Below the pieces are notes generated by a model that worked only from the letters and a program-made list of their open reading frames with translations, had not been told where the DNA came from and searched no databases. Both the position numbers and the translations under genes were made by a program. Positions 8,533 to 18,104 of a stretch of DNA of 64,000 nucleotides are shown here, in pieces (within the stretch, counting starts at the first letter, position 1; every line of letters begins with the position of its first letter). Location: assembly GCA_035623395.1 (NCBI GenBank), contig DASPTN010000086.1:97606-161605 (forward strand), read 5' to 3'. Source of the DNA: Gemmatimonadales bacterium. GTDB taxonomy: Bacteria; Gemmatimonadota; Gemmatimonadetes; Gemmatimonadales; JACORV01.

Positions 8533-11500
8533 ATGTTCCTTTCCGAGCTCTCGATCAAGCGGCCGGTGTTCGCCACCATGATGATGCTGGCGCTCATGGT
8601 GCTGGGCCTGTTCTCCCTGCGGCGCCTGAAGCTCGACGACATGCCCGACGTCGAGCTGCCCTTCCTGATGATCCAGGTCTCCTACCCGGGCGCGAGCACG
8701 GAGTCGGTCGAGCGCGACGTCACGAAGAAGATCGAGCAGGCCGTCAACCCGATCGAGGGCGTGGACCGCATCGAGTCGTCGTCGGTGGAGGGCTACTGCA
8801 CGATCTTCATCCAGTTCACGCTCAAGACGAAGATCGTCACCGCCCAGTCGGACGTGCGGTCGGCCGTGGACCGGATCCGCGCGGACCTGCCGACGGACAT
8901 CGACCCTCCGATCATCTCGCGCTTCGACTTCCGGCAGAACCCGATCATGAGCCTGTCCCTGTCCGGGCGGGACTGGGCGTTGCGCGACCTCACGACCCTG
9001 GCGAAGGAGACCATCACCCGCCGGCTCGAGACGGTGGACGGAGTCGGCAGCGTGACCGTCGTGGGCGGGCTGGAGCGGGAGATCCACGCGCTGCTGCTTC
9101 CGCCGCGGATGGACGCCCTCGGGGTGAGTCCGGACATGGTCGTCGCGGCCCTGCGACGCGAGAACATGGACATGCCGGCCGGCCGGGTGGAGCGTGGCAA
9201 CGGGGAGCAGCTGGTGCGGGTGAAGGGCCGCATCACGGATCCGGCGGCGTTCGCGTCGGTGGTCGTGACGTCGCGCAACGGAGTGCCGGTGCGGCTGGGC
9301 GAGGTCGCGAGGATCGAGGACGCGCAGGAGGAGGAGCGGAGCCTCGCCGAGTACTCGGGCCGGCGGGCGATCGGCATCGACATCCGGAAGGTGTCGGGCG
9401 CCAACACGGTGGACGTGGCGACGGGGATCCGGGCGGTGATGGCGCGGCTCAACGTGGAGCTGCCGCAGGGCGTGCAGCTGGAGGTGATCCGCGACAACTC
9501 GAAGTGGATCAAGGACTCCCTCGCCGACGTGCAGCTGGCGCTGGTGCTGGGCGCCCTGCTCACCGTGATGATCGTCTTCCTGTTCCTGAACTCCTGGCGG
9601 TCCACGGTCATCACGGGCCTCACGCTGCCCGTGTCCATCGTCTCCGCCTTCCTGGTCATCTACGCCATGGACTTCACCATCAACACGATGACCTTGATGG
9701 CGCTGTCCCTGGCGGTGGGCATCCTGATCGACGATGCCATCGTGGTCCGCGAGAACATCGTGCGGCACGTGGAGCGTGGCGAGGACCATCACACGGCCGC
9801 GGGTGCCGCCACCAGCGAGATCGGCTTCGCGGTGCTGGCCACCACGATGTCCATCCTGGCGGTGTTCGTGCCGGTGGGCTTCATGGGCGGGATCGTGGGC
9901 CGGTTCTTCTACCAGTTCGGCATCACGGTCGCGTTCGCCGTGGCGGTGTCGCTGTTCGTCTCGTTCACGCTCGACCCGATGCTGTCGTCGCTGTGGTACG
10001 ACCCGCAGGCGGCCGGCCACGCGGAGCGCGGCCCGATCGGCAAGCGGCTGGAGCGGTTCAACGACGCCTTCCGCGGCTACGGGCAGCGTTACCGCGGCGT
10101 GATCGCCTGGGCGCTCGATCACCGCGGATGGGTGATGGGCCTCGCGGGTGCCGCGTTCCTCGCGGCGATCGTGCTCATGGGCGTCGGGCTGGTCGGCGGC
10201 GGGTTCTTCCCGATCGTGGACCGGAGCGAGCTCAACGTCACGATCCAGACGCCGGTGGGCTCGTCGATCACCTACACGCGCGCCAAGGGCGAGGAGATCG
10301 ACCGGTACCTGCGGTCGCGGCCCGAGGTGGCCTACACCTACTTCACGATCGGCGGCGGCTACACGCCCAGCGTCACCGACGGCACGATCTACGTGCGGCT
10401 GAAGCCGAAGAGCGACCGGCACCTGTCGCAGGACAAGTTCCAGATCGCGCTGCGCGCGGTGCTGCCGTCCTTCAAGGGGGTCAAGACCGGGATCATGGAC
10501 GCGTCCGGCATGGGCGGCGGCCAGCTGCCGGTCCAGGTCAACGTCCTCGGGCCCGACATGACCCGCCTCCAGGAGTTGAACGACCGGATGATGGCGGCGA
10601 TCGGCGACGTGCGCGGCCTCGTGGACCTCAAGTCGAGCCTCGAGGGGCGGAAGCCCGAGTACGTGATCCAGGTCAATCGCGACCTCGCCGCCGACGTCGG
10701 TCTGTCCGTCGGGTCGATATCCGGCACGCTGCGGACGGTGCTCGCGGGCCAGACGGCCACGACCTTCGAGGACGCGGCGGGCTACAGCCACGACGTGGTG
10801 GTGCAGGTGGCGCCCGAGTACCGCACCTCGTTCACCGACCTCGGGAGGATCCCGATCGCGACGTCGAGCTTCAACGCGCGCACGCTCTCGCCGGTGATGG
10901 TGCCGCTGGGCCAGGTGGGCCAGATCGCGCCGTCAGGCGCCCCCGCCGAGATCAAGCGACTCTCGCTGGAGCGCTCGGCCCGGATCGAAGGCAACTACCA
11001 GGACCGGCCGCTGACCGGCGTCATGGGCGACATCCGCAAGCGCCTCGCCGCGGTGCCGCTGCCGCCGGGCTACCGGATCGACTACGGCGGCGAGCAGAAG
11101 AACTTCGCCGAGACCACCGGCTACGTGCTGGAATCCCTGACGCTGGCCATCATCTTCGTCTACCTGATCCTGGCCTCGCAGTTCGGGTCGTTCCTGCAGC
11201 CGCTGGCCATCATGCTCTCGCTGCCGCTGTCGATCGTCGGCGTGCTGGTCGCCCTGGCGCTCACGCGCGACACGCTCAACATCCTCAGCATGATCGGCGT
11301 GATCATGCTCATGGGACTGGTGACCAAGAACGCGATCCTGCTGGTGGACTTCGCGAACAAGGCGCGCGAGAGGGGAGCGACCCGCCGCCAGGCGCTGATC
11401 CAGGCGGGCGAGATCCGGTTCCGGCCGATCATGATGACCACGCTGTCGATGATCTTCGGAATGCTGCCCACCGCCCTGGCGCTGGGCGAGGGCGGCGAGT

Positions 11501-11712
11501 TCCGCGCGCCGATGGCCCGCGCGGTGATCGGCGGCCTGATCACGTCGACGCTGCTGACGCTGATCGTGGTGCCGGTGGTCTACACCTATCTCGACGACTT
11601 CGGCGGCGGGGTGGCGGCGTGGGTCACGCGACAGATGCGGCTGAAGGCGAAGGCGGGGGCCGAGCAGGCGGCGGTGCCGGAGCCCGAGCCGGAGGGCGTG
11701 CCGGCGGACTAG
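8533..11712 (+). CDS. RND efflux permease (AcrB/HAE family)
   Basis: 1059 aa. [22 protein letters not shown]-terminus, two large periplasmic loops and 12 TM helices; typical AcrB layout. Confidence 0.9.
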   Translation: MFLSELSIKRPVFATMMMLALMVLGLFSLRRLKLDDMPDVELPFLMIQVSYPGASTESVERDVTKKIEQAVNPIEGVDRIESSSVEGYCTIFIQFTLKTKIVTAQSDVRSAVDRIRADLPTDIDPPIISRFDFRQNPIMSLSLSGRDWALRDLTTLAKETITRRLETVDGVGSVTVVGGLEREIHALLLPPRMDALGVSPDMVVAALRRENMDMPAGRVERGNGEQLVRVKGRITDPAAFASVVVTSRNGVPVRLGEVARIEDAQEEERSLAEYSGRRAIGIDIRKVSGANTVDVATGIRAVMARLNVELPQGVQLEVIRDNSKWIKDSLADVQLALVLGALLTVMIVFLFLNSWRSTVITGLTLPVSIVSAFLVIYAMDFTINTMTLMALSLAVGILIDDAIVVRENIVRHVERGEDHHTAAGAATSEIGFAVLATTMSILAVFVPVGFMGGIVGRFFYQFGITVAFAVAVSLFVSFTLDPMLSSLWYDPQAAGHAERGPIGKRLERFNDAFRGYGQRYRGVIAWALDHRGWVMGLAGAAFLAAIVLMGVGLVGGGFFPIVDRSELNVTIQTPVGSSITYTRAKGEEIDRYLRSRPEVAYTYFTIGGGYTPSVTDGTIYVRLKPKSDRHLSQDKFQIALRAVLPSFKGVKTGIMDASGMGGGQLPVQVNVLGPDMTRLQELNDRMMAAIGDVRGLVDLKSSLEGRKPEYVIQVNRDLAADVGLSVGSISGTLRTVLAGQTATTFEDAAGYSHDVVVQVAPEYRTSFTDLGRIPIATSSFNARTLSPVMVPLGQVGQIAPSGAPAEIKRLSLERSARIEGNYQDRPLTGVMGDIRKRLAAVPLPPGYRIDYGGEQKNFAETTGYVLESLTLAIIFVYLILASQFGSFLQPLAIMLSLPLSIVGVLVALALTRDTLNILSMIGVIMLMGLVTKNAILLVDFANKARERGATRRQALIQAGEIRFRPIMMTTLSMIFGMLPTALALGEGGEFRAPMARAVIGGLITSTLLTLIVVPVVYTYLDDFGGGVAAWVTRQMRLKAKAGAEQAAVPEPEPEGVPAD

Positions 11713-11718
11713 CCGCGC

Positions 11719-12456
11719 CTAGCCGCGGCCGCCCGCCGGCTTGGAGAGGTCGGTCATCCGGGTCGCCCCGACGTAGGTGGTCGCCTGCTCGTGATCGAGC
11801 TCCGCCAGGCGCCTGAGCAGCTCGGCGATGCGCGCCAGCTGCTGCCGTGCCTGCGCCAGCGCCGCCAGGCTGGCCGGCGGGAAGCTCCCCTGGTCGAGCC
11901 CGAGCAGGTCGAGCTGACTGCTGAGAGCCATCAAGGGGTTGTTGATCTCGTGCGAGAGCGCGACCACGATCTCGCCGATCGCGGCGCGCCGCTCCGCGCG
12001 GATGAGGTTGTGCTGCGCCACCGCGAGCTGGCGCTCGATCTCCCGGACCCGCACCACCCGCGCCAGCACCTCGGGCAGCAGCTGCGCGAATCCGTCTTCC
12101 TTGATGATGTAGTCGTTGGCTCCGAGGTGCAGCGCCTCCGCCGCCACCCGTTCGCTCCCGTGGCCGGTCATCATGATCACGGAGCCCTGGTAGCCCGCCG
12201 CCCGGATCTCCCGCAGCGCGTCGAGCCCGGAGCGCGCGCCTTCGAGGCGATAGTCCATCAGGACGACGTCGGCGGCGGGGGCGAGGCGTACGGCGTCCTC
12301 GGCGGTGGCGGCCGTCCCGGCGCAGGCGAGCCCGGCGGCGGCCACCAGGAGCTGGACCAGCCGGGCCTGTGCCTCGTCGTCCTCGACGATCAGCACCCGC
12401 GGCACCGCGGGCTCGGCGCCGGCAGGCCGGGCGGTGTCGGCGGGCGCGGCGCTCAC
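11719..12456 (-). CDS. Response-regulator receiver fused to a HisKA/DHp domain, lacking an ATPase domain
   Basis: GTG 12456 overlaps the upstream stop (GTGA). REC motifs (VLIVEDDEAQ, DVVLMDYRLEG, MMTGHG, DYIIK) are followed by the H-box ALSHEINNPL, and the protein ends about 70 aa later with no HATPase_c. Confidence 0.7.
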   Translation of the reverse strand: MSAAPADTARPAGAEPAVPRVLIVEDDEAQARLVQLLVAAAGLACAGTAATAEDAVRLAPAADVVLMDYRLEGARSGLDALREIRAAGYQGSVIMMTGHGSERVAAEALHLGANDYIIKEDGFAQLLPEVLARVVRVREIERQLAVAQHNLIRAERRAAIGEIVVALSHEINNPLMALSSQLDLLGLDQGSFPPASLAALAQARQQLARIAELLRRLAELDHEQATTYVGATRMTDLSKPAGGRG

Positions 12457-13322
12457 GCCGCCACGAACTCGGCCTGGACCGCGGCGGGCAGGACGCCGGC
12501 GCGGTGGCCCTCGTCGAGCAGGCGCTGTACTGCGCGCCGGCCGGTCGGGCCGAGGTCGACCGTGTAGTCGTTCACGTACATCCCCACGAATTGGTCGGTC
12601 CGCTCGGCATCCATCCCGCGCGCGAAGTCCCGGGCGTGCGCCAGCGCCTCGCGGCGGTGCTCGAGCCCCCACACGATCGAGGCCTTGAGGTCCCGCGCCA
12701 CGTCGCGCACCAGTCCGGCGCCGAGGTCCTTGCGCACCACGTTGCAGCCGAGCGGCAGCGGGAGCCGCGTTTCACCGCTCCACCACTCGCCCAGATCCTC
12801 CCACAGGTGCAGGCCGCGGTCGGCATACGTCAGCTGTCCCTCGTGGATCAGCAATCCGACCTCGACCTGGCCGGACAGCACCGCCTCCTCGATCGCGTCG
12901 AAGGGAAGGATGGTCGTACGTGCCCGGGGCTGATACAGCCGGAGGGCGAGCGCGGCTGTCGTGAGGTCGCCGGGAATGCCGACGACGCGCGTCGCGAGCG
13001 CCGATCTCGCGTCGGCGGGCCGCGGCGTCCGGGCCACGAGCCTCGGGCCGTAGCCGTCACCCACCGAGGCGCCGTGGACCAGCAGGGCGTAGCGGTCGGC
13101 GAGGTGCGCGTAGGCGTGGAACGAGACCGCCGTCACGTCGAGCTCACCCGCCACGGCACGGCGGTTGAGCGTCTCGATGTCGGCCAGCTCGTGGACGTAG
13201 CGGCGGTCGCCGGTCTCCACCTTGCCGGCCGCGAGCGCGTAGAACATGAACGCGTCGTCGGAGTCCGGGCTGTGCGCCACCCGGATGTCGCGCGGCACGC
13301 TACGATCCGCTCGGCGCGGCAC
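12453..13322 (-). CDS. MqnA/MqnD/SBP-fold family protein (futalosine-pathway-like)
   Basis: VAHSPDSDDAFMFYALAAGKV...LLIHEGQLTY pattern resembles MqnD/MqnA periplasmic-binding-fold enzymes. The start could instead be GTG 13298, 2 nt after the upstream stop. Confidence 0.6.
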   Translation of the reverse strand: MPRRADRSVPRDIRVAHSPDSDDAFMFYALAAGKVETGDRRYVHELADIETLNRRAVAGELDVTAVSFHAYAHLADRYALLVHGASVGDGYGPRLVARTPRPADARSALATRVVGIPGDLTTAALALRLYQPRARTTILPFDAIEEAVLSGQVEVGLLIHEGQLTYADRGLHLWEDLGEWWSGETRLPLPLGCNVVRKDLGAGLVRDVARDLKASIVWGLEHRREALAHARDFARGMDAERTDQFVGMYVNDYTVDLGPTGRRAVQRLLDEGHRAGVLPAAVQAEFVAA

Positions 13323-14112
13323 CGGCCCGCTGCGCGCGGCTCCTGGTGTCCTGGAGCATCTGGGCGTGCTCTTGGTACTCGGGGCGGTTCTTGGCGAGCT
13401 CGGCGTCGTAGTTCCGGACGAAGGCGTCGTACGCCCGTCGCGCCTGGGCCGCGTTGCCCTGGGCCTCCGCGGCGCGCGCCTTGAGAAGCCAGCCGAACAG
13501 GTGATTGGGCGCGCTCTTGAGGATGGTGTCCCCCTGGGCCGCGGCGGCCGCCGTGGCGCCGACCGCCAGCTGCACCAGCCCCAGGTGCAGCCGCGCGTCG
13601 GGGTCCAGGTTCCCGCCGAGATTGGCGTAGGCCTGCAGCGCCATCGGCGCGAAGAAGCTGACCTGCGAACTGTCGCCGGCCTCGTGGGCCGTCATGATGC
13701 GGTTGTACAGGCGGTCGGCCTGCTCCCGCGGCGTCATCGTGGACAGGTCGGTGGTCGCGCGCGCGCCCTCGGGGGACGCGCCCTGCGCCGCGGTGGCGGC
13801 CGGCGGCTGTGCGCTCTTTTTCGCGACCACGACCACGACGACCACCAGCAGCGCGAGCACGCACACTCCGGCCACGTACCACGCCAGGCGGTCGACCGTG
13901 CCGGCGCGGGTCGCGGGCGCGGCGGCGGAAGCGGCGCCACGGGCCGCGCGACCGACGGGCTCGCCGCATTCGGCGCAGTACTTGGCCCGCGCCGACAGCT
14001 TGGCCCCGCACGAGCGGCACGCGGCGGGGGCGAGCGCGGCGCCGCACTCGGAGCAGAACTTGCCGGACGACGAGGCGCCGCAGTTGGGGCACTTCTGAGT
14101 GTCGGGAGCCAT
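13300..14112 (-). CDS. Zinc-ribbon (double CxxC) membrane-anchored protein with helical-repeat C-terminal domain
   Basis: From MAPDTQKCPNCGASSSGKFCSECGAAL...CRSCGAKLSARAKYCAECG, then a TM helix (WYVAGVCVLALLVVVVVVV), then a TPR-like region. ORF-track start 14148 trimmed to ATG 14112. Confidence 0.6.
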   Translation of the reverse strand: MAPDTQKCPNCGASSSGKFCSECGAALAPAACRSCGAKLSARAKYCAECGEPVGRAARGAASAAAPATRAGTVDRLAWYVAGVCVLALLVVVVVVVAKKSAQPPAATAAQGASPEGARATTDLSTMTPREQADRLYNRIMTAHEAGDSSQVSFFAPMALQAYANLGGNLDPDARLHLGLVQLAVGATAAAAAQGDTILKSAPNHLFGWLLKARAAEAQGNAAQARRAYDAFVRNYDAELAKNRPEYQEHAQMLQDTRSRAQRAGAAPSGS

Positions 14113-14173
14113 CGCTGTAACGTAGAGCGGAACGGAAGGGCGTGCCAACTCTGGAACTCTGCCGGACCGCCGC

Positions 14174-14180
14174 CTAGCTT
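14174..14180 (+). promoter_or_regulatory. -10-like box CTAGCTT, 6 nt upstream of ATG 14187 (candidate leaderless promoter)
   Basis: TAGCTT 14175..14180, then cctgcc, then ATG. Geometry is identical to the 2703 site. TGGAAC lies 17 nt upstream. Confidence 0.35.
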
Positions 14181-14186
14181 CCTGCC

Positions 14187-14681
14187 ATGTCCCTGGTCAG
14201 CCAGGCGTACCGGGATGCGGGCGACGCGATCGCGCGTCACGCGAACGAGATCGCGGCGGCCTGGCGCGACCTGGTGCGGAGCGACGCCGCGATCGCGGGC
14301 GACGAGCGCCTGCCCGATCTCCTCCTCACCAACCAGGTGCCGGCGCTGCTGGCCGACATCGCGCAGGCGCTCCGGGAGGGGGAGGACGGCGCCTCGCCCG
14401 ACCGCTCCATCGCGCGCCGGCGCCGCGGTCTCCGCTTCGGAAAGCTGCGCGGGCTTGCCCGCTACGACGCCGCCGACCTGTACCGCGAATTCCGCCACCT
14501 CCGCCACGCCATCTGGCGCTTCCTGCGCCGCGGCCTCGACTGGGGCCGCGGGGATGCGTTCGAGGTGATGCTGGCGATCGACCAGTATCTCGACGAGGTC
14601 ATCGGCGCCAGCCTGCGCGGCTACGTCGAAGCGTCCGAGCGCGCGGCCGAGCGCGAGCCGACGGACCGTCCCCGGGACTAG
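14187..14681 (+). CDS. Hypothetical cytoplasmic helical protein
   Basis: 164-aa ORF with good GC3 bias. Weak resemblance to RsbRD-type N-terminal sensor-associated domains; no firm family. Confidence 0.5.
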   Translation: MSLVSQAYRDAGDAIARHANEIAAAWRDLVRSDAAIAGDERLPDLLLTNQVPALLADIAQALREGEDGASPDRSIARRRRGLRFGKLRGLARYDAADLYREFRHLRHAIWRFLRRGLDWGRGDAFEVMLAIDQYLDEVIGASLRGYVEASERAAEREPTDRPRD

Positions 14682-14698
14682 GCGCCTGCGGGGCCGCC

Positions 14699-14968
14699 AT
14701 GGAACCTTCCCCGCGCTTCCCCTGGATGCAGGCGGCACTCCACCTCGGGCAGCTCGCCCGCGCGGGAGCGCGCTGGGAAGTGTACCTCCAGTCGGAGCCG
14801 CACCCGGACCTGGGCGCCATCCGCGGCCGCCTGCACTTCGTGTCCCGCGACCGGCATCGGGCCACGGCCTGGATCTTCCTTGAGTGGACGGCGAAGGAAG
14901 TGCTCGACCGCGCCCGCCAATTCTCCGCGGTCGAGCTGTGGAGTTTCCTCGAGGCCCTCGCCCCGTAG
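14699..14968 (+). CDS. Hypothetical small protein (89 aa)
   Basis: ORF starts 18 nt after the previous gene in the same orientation. No family recognised. Confidence 0.4.
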   Translation: MEPSPRFPWMQAALHLGQLARAGARWEVYLQSEPHPDLGAIRGRLHFVSRDRHRATAWIFLEWTAKEVLDRARQFSAVELWSFLEALAP

Positions 14969-14989
14969 CCGCCACACCTGTCGCGCAAC

Positions 14990-15057
14990 TGCATCACAGA
15001 ATGCACACTTAAGGCAAGCGGGACGGCCAAGTTAGGCCATTCCGTGCACTTTGCACG
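14990..15057 (+). promoter_or_regulatory. Two TGCA-containing inverted repeats upstream of glnA (candidate nitrogen-regulator sites)
   Basis: TGCAT-CACAGA-ATGCA at 14990..15005 and CGTGCA-CTT-TGCACG at 15043..15057. Both lie just upstream of the glnA promoter-like site. Confidence 0.35.
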
Positions 15058-15065
15058 CTTCTTGC

Positions 15066-15094
15066 TTGACACCCTGCACGACCGTGGCTAGCTT
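15066..15094 (+). promoter_or_regulatory. Sigma70-type promoter TTGACA-17 nt-TAGCTT for glnA
   Basis: TTGACA 15066..15071, 17-nt spacer, TAGCTT 15089..15094. GAGGA SD at 15112..15116 lies 7 nt before ATG 15124. Confidence 0.5.
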
Positions 15095-15123
15095 CGCCGA
15101 CTTCACCTGCCGAGGATCGCGAT

Positions 15124-16602
15124 ATGACCGTGGCCGCAACCAGGAATTCCTCCAAGCGCACGACCACCTCCAACGACAAGGCCTCCAGCCCGGCGGACGT
15201 GATCCGCCTCGCGAAGGAGACCGGCGTCCAGGTGGTGGACGTCCGCTTCACCGATCTGCCGGGCACCTGGCAGCACTTCTCGATTCCGGTCGGAGAGCTC
15301 AAGGAAGACATGTTCGAGGAAGGGCTCGGCTTCGACGGCTCGAGCATCCGCGGCTTCCAGGCCATCAACGAGAGCGACATGCTGCTGATGCCGGATCCGG
15401 CGTCCGCGTTCGTCGATCCGTGCCTGAAGGTGCCGACCCTGGTCCTGGTGTGCGACATCAAGGACCCCATCACGGGGGAGCGGTACAGCCGCGACCCGCG
15501 CTACGTGGCGCAGAAGGCCGAGCAGTACCTCGTCAAGAGCGGGATCGCGACCACGTCGTACTGGGGGCCGGAAGCCGAGTTCTACATCTTCAACTCGGTG
15601 CGCTTCGACCAGAACGCCCACGAGGGCTACTACCACATCGACTCGGAAGAGGGGATCTGGAACTCCGGCGAGGACAACGGGTCGCCGAACCTCGGGCACC
15701 GGCCACGGCACAAGGAAGGTTACTTCCCGGTGCCGCCGGTCGACCGGCTGCAGGACCTGCGGTCGAAGATCATGCTGGCCCTGATCGGGTCCGGCATCAA
15801 CGTCGAGGTGCAGCACCACGAGGTCGGGACGGCCGGCCAGGCCGAGATCGACATGCGGTTCGGAACGCTGGTCCGGATGGCGGACCAGGTCATGATGTAC
15901 AAGTACATCGTCAAGGGTGTGTGCCACGACAACGGCTACACGGCGACCTTCATGCCGAAGCCGATGTTCGGCGACAACGGCTCCGGGATGCATGTTCACC
16001 AGAGCCTGTGGAAGAACGGCACGAACCTGTTCTGGTCGGAACGGGGCTACGCCGGGCTGTCGGACATGGCGCGGTTCTACATCGGCGGCCTGATCAAGCA
16101 CGCCCCGGCGGTGCTCGCGTTCGCGGCGCCGACGACCAACTCGTACCGGCGGCTGGTGCCCGGATACGAGGCGCCGATCAATCTGATCTACTCGCAGCGC
16201 AACCGCAGCGCCGTGTGCCGGATTCCGATGTACTCGAAGTCGCCCAAGGCGAAGCGCATCGAGTTCCGCGCACCCGACCCGTCGTCGAACCCGTACCTGA
16301 CCTTCGCCGCGCTGCTGATGGCCGGTCTCGACGGCGTGAAGAACCGGATCGAGCCGCCGGCGCCGATCGACAAGGACCTCTACGATCTCGAGATGCACGA
16401 GCGCAAGCGGGTCAAGAACACGCCCGGCTCGCTGACCGAGGTGCTCGCGGCGCTGGAGAAGGACAGCGAATTCCTACTGCGTGGCGCAGTATTCACGCAG
16501 GACCTGCTCGACACGTGGATCGAGTACAAGACGAAGAAGGAGGTCGAGCCAGTAGCGCTCCGGCCGCATCCGTACGAGTTTTTCCTGTACTACGACGGAT
16601 GA
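15124..16602 (+). CDS. glnA: Glutamine synthetase type I-beta (adenylylation-type)
   Basis: Full-length GS signature (FTDLPGTWQHF, GFDGSSIRGF, MPKPMFGDNGSGMHVHQSLW, NSYRRLVPGYEAP). The IDKDLYDLE motif matches the Tyr adenylylation loop of E. coli-type GlnA. Confidence 0.95.
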   Translation: MTVAATRNSSKRTTTSNDKASSPADVIRLAKETGVQVVDVRFTDLPGTWQHFSIPVGELKEDMFEEGLGFDGSSIRGFQAINESDMLLMPDPASAFVDPCLKVPTLVLVCDIKDPITGERYSRDPRYVAQKAEQYLVKSGIATTSYWGPEAEFYIFNSVRFDQNAHEGYYHIDSEEGIWNSGEDNGSPNLGHRPRHKEGYFPVPPVDRLQDLRSKIMLALIGSGINVEVQHHEVGTAGQAEIDMRFGTLVRMADQVMMYKYIVKGVCHDNGYTATFMPKPMFGDNGSGMHVHQSLWKNGTNLFWSERGYAGLSDMARFYIGGLIKHAPAVLAFAAPTTNSYRRLVPGYEAPINLIYSQRNRSAVCRIPMYSKSPKAKRIEFRAPDPSSNPYLTFAALLMAGLDGVKNRIEPPAPIDKDLYDLEMHERKRVKNTPGSLTEVLAALEKDSEFLLRGAVFTQDLLDTWIEYKTKKEVEPVALRPHPYEFFLYYDG

Positions 16603-16624
16603 GCCGGTTCCCGCTCAACATGGA

Positions 16625-18100
16625 GTGCCAATGACCCCACGGGCGCGCAGGGTGCGCGCGGCGGTGTCAGGCGAGGCGGGCGCGACGGTCGTCGCGCCCG
16701 TTTCGTCTCATGCCGTGATGCGACCGTTGCCCATGGCCCTGGATGCCGACTACCGCGCGATGGTGCGGTCGAAGGACATCACCAAGGCCGACATCCTGGA
16801 GGTGTGCGACCGCCTCGGCGTGCGCTTCCTCCGGCTCCAGTTCACCGACATCCTCGGCGTGGTGAAGAACGTCGAGGTGCCGCGCAGTCAGTTCGAGAAG
16901 GCGCTCGACGCGCAGATCATGTTCGACGGCTCGTCGATCGAAGGCTTCGTCCGGATCGAGGAGTCGGACATGCTGCTCGCCCCGGACCTCGGCACCTTCC
17001 GGATCTTCCCCTGGGGCGCCGAGAGCGGGCTGGTGGCGCGGCTGATCTGCGACATCCGCAACACCGACGAGTCGGACTTCGCCGGCTGCCCGCGGCTGGC
17101 GCTCAAGCGGCAGGTGGCGCGGGCCCAGAAGCTCGGCTACACGATGATGGCCGGCGTGGAGGCCGAGTTCTTCCTGTTCTACAAGGACGCGCACGGCGAC
17201 CCGACCACCGAGGTGCACGACGTCGCCGGCTACTTCGACGTGGGCCCGGTGGACCGCGGCGAGCAGGCGCGACAGCTGATCGTGGCCGATCTCGAAGAGA
17301 TGGGCTTCGAGGTCGAGGCGGCGCACCACGAGGTGGCGCCCGGACAGCACGAGGTGGATTTCCGCTACGCCGACGCGCTCGAAACCGCCGACGACCTCTC
17401 GACGTTCCGGGTGGTCGTGCGGAGCGCCGCGGAGCGCTACGACCTCGTCGCGTCCTTCATGCCCAAGCCGATCTTCGGGCAGAACGGCTCGGGCATGCAC
17501 ACCCACCAGAGCCTGTTCAGAAACAGCAGTAACGCGTTCTACGACGCCAAGGCCGACTGGCAGCTGTCGAAGGTGGCGCTGCAGTACATCGCGGGGCTGC
17601 TTGAGCACGCGCGCGGCTTCTGCGCGGTCACGAACCCGCTGGTGAACAGCTTCAAGCGCCTGGTGCCGGGTTACGAGGCGCCGGTCAACATCGCCTGGAG
17701 CATGAAGAACCGCTCGCCGATGATCCGGATCCCGGATCGCCGCGAATCGGGAACGCGCTGCGAACTGCGGATGCCCGATCCGTCGGCCAACCCGTACCTG
17801 GCGCTCGCGGTGCAGCTCGCGGCGGGCCTGGACGGAATCGAGCGCAAGCTGACGCCGCCCGACCCGGTGAACAAGAACATCTTCACGATGACGTACCGGG
17901 AGCGCCGGCACCACCGGATCGACGACCTGCCCCGGGACCTGCACGAGGCGCTGGATTGCCTCGAGAGGGACCCGGTGATTTTGGGTGCGCTCGGCGAGCA
18001 CATCGCCGGCCGCTACGTCGAGGCCAAGCGCGCGGAGTGGGCGGAGTACATCTCGCAGGTCAGCGAGTGGGAGATCAGGAAGTATCTGGGACAGTACTGA
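16625..18100 (+). CDS. Glutamine synthetase type I-alpha (Bacillus-type paralogue)
   Basis: RLQFTDILGVVKNVEVP, MFDGSSIEGFVRIEESDM, HHEVAPGQHEVDF and NSFKRLVPGYEAP closely follow the B. subtilis GlnA pattern, and there is no adenylylation Tyr motif. The start is ambiguous: ATG 16625 has GGAG, while ATG 16733 and 16760 fit homologue length better. Confidence 0.9.
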   Translation: MPMTPRARRVRAAVSGEAGATVVAPVSSHAVMRPLPMALDADYRAMVRSKDITKADILEVCDRLGVRFLRLQFTDILGVVKNVEVPRSQFEKALDAQIMFDGSSIEGFVRIEESDMLLAPDLGTFRIFPWGAESGLVARLICDIRNTDESDFAGCPRLALKRQVARAQKLGYTMMAGVEAEFFLFYKDAHGDPTTEVHDVAGYFDVGPVDRGEQARQLIVADLEEMGFEVEAAHHEVAPGQHEVDFRYADALETADDLSTFRVVVRSAAERYDLVASFMPKPIFGQNGSGMHTHQSLFRNSSNAFYDAKADWQLSKVALQYIAGLLEHARGFCAVTNPLVNSFKRLVPGYEAPVNIAWSMKNRSPMIRIPDRRESGTRCELRMPDPSANPYLALAVQLAAGLDGIERKLTPPDPVNKNIFTMTYRERRHHRIDDLPRDLHEALDCLERDPVILGALGEHIAGRYVEAKRAEWAEYISQVSEWEIRKYLGQY

Positions 18101-18104
18101 AGGC

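Noticed and set aside
7324-11816. Very long ORFs 7324..10791(-) (1155 aa) and 7383..11816(+) (1477 aa) spanning the efflux operon
   Set aside because: Their translations are Arg/Gly/Pro/Ala-rich low-complexity strings with no motifs. They are antisense to, or out of frame with, the clearly recognisable MFP and AcrB-type genes. They are typical high-GC shadow ORFs. The same reasoning applies to 5518..7098(-), 22599..24422(+), 25004..26836(+), 27772..29373(+), 33910..36069(+), 36114..37934(-), 37354..39828(-), 40160..41950(+), 57773..60085(+) and similar entries.
15043-15057. Sigma-54 promoter (TGGCAC-N5-TTGCA) upstream of glnA
   Set aside because: The GTGCAC and TTTGCA elements are adjacent with no 5-nt spacer and there is no GG dinucleotide at the -24 position. 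A sigma70-like TTGACA-17-TAGCTT fits better.
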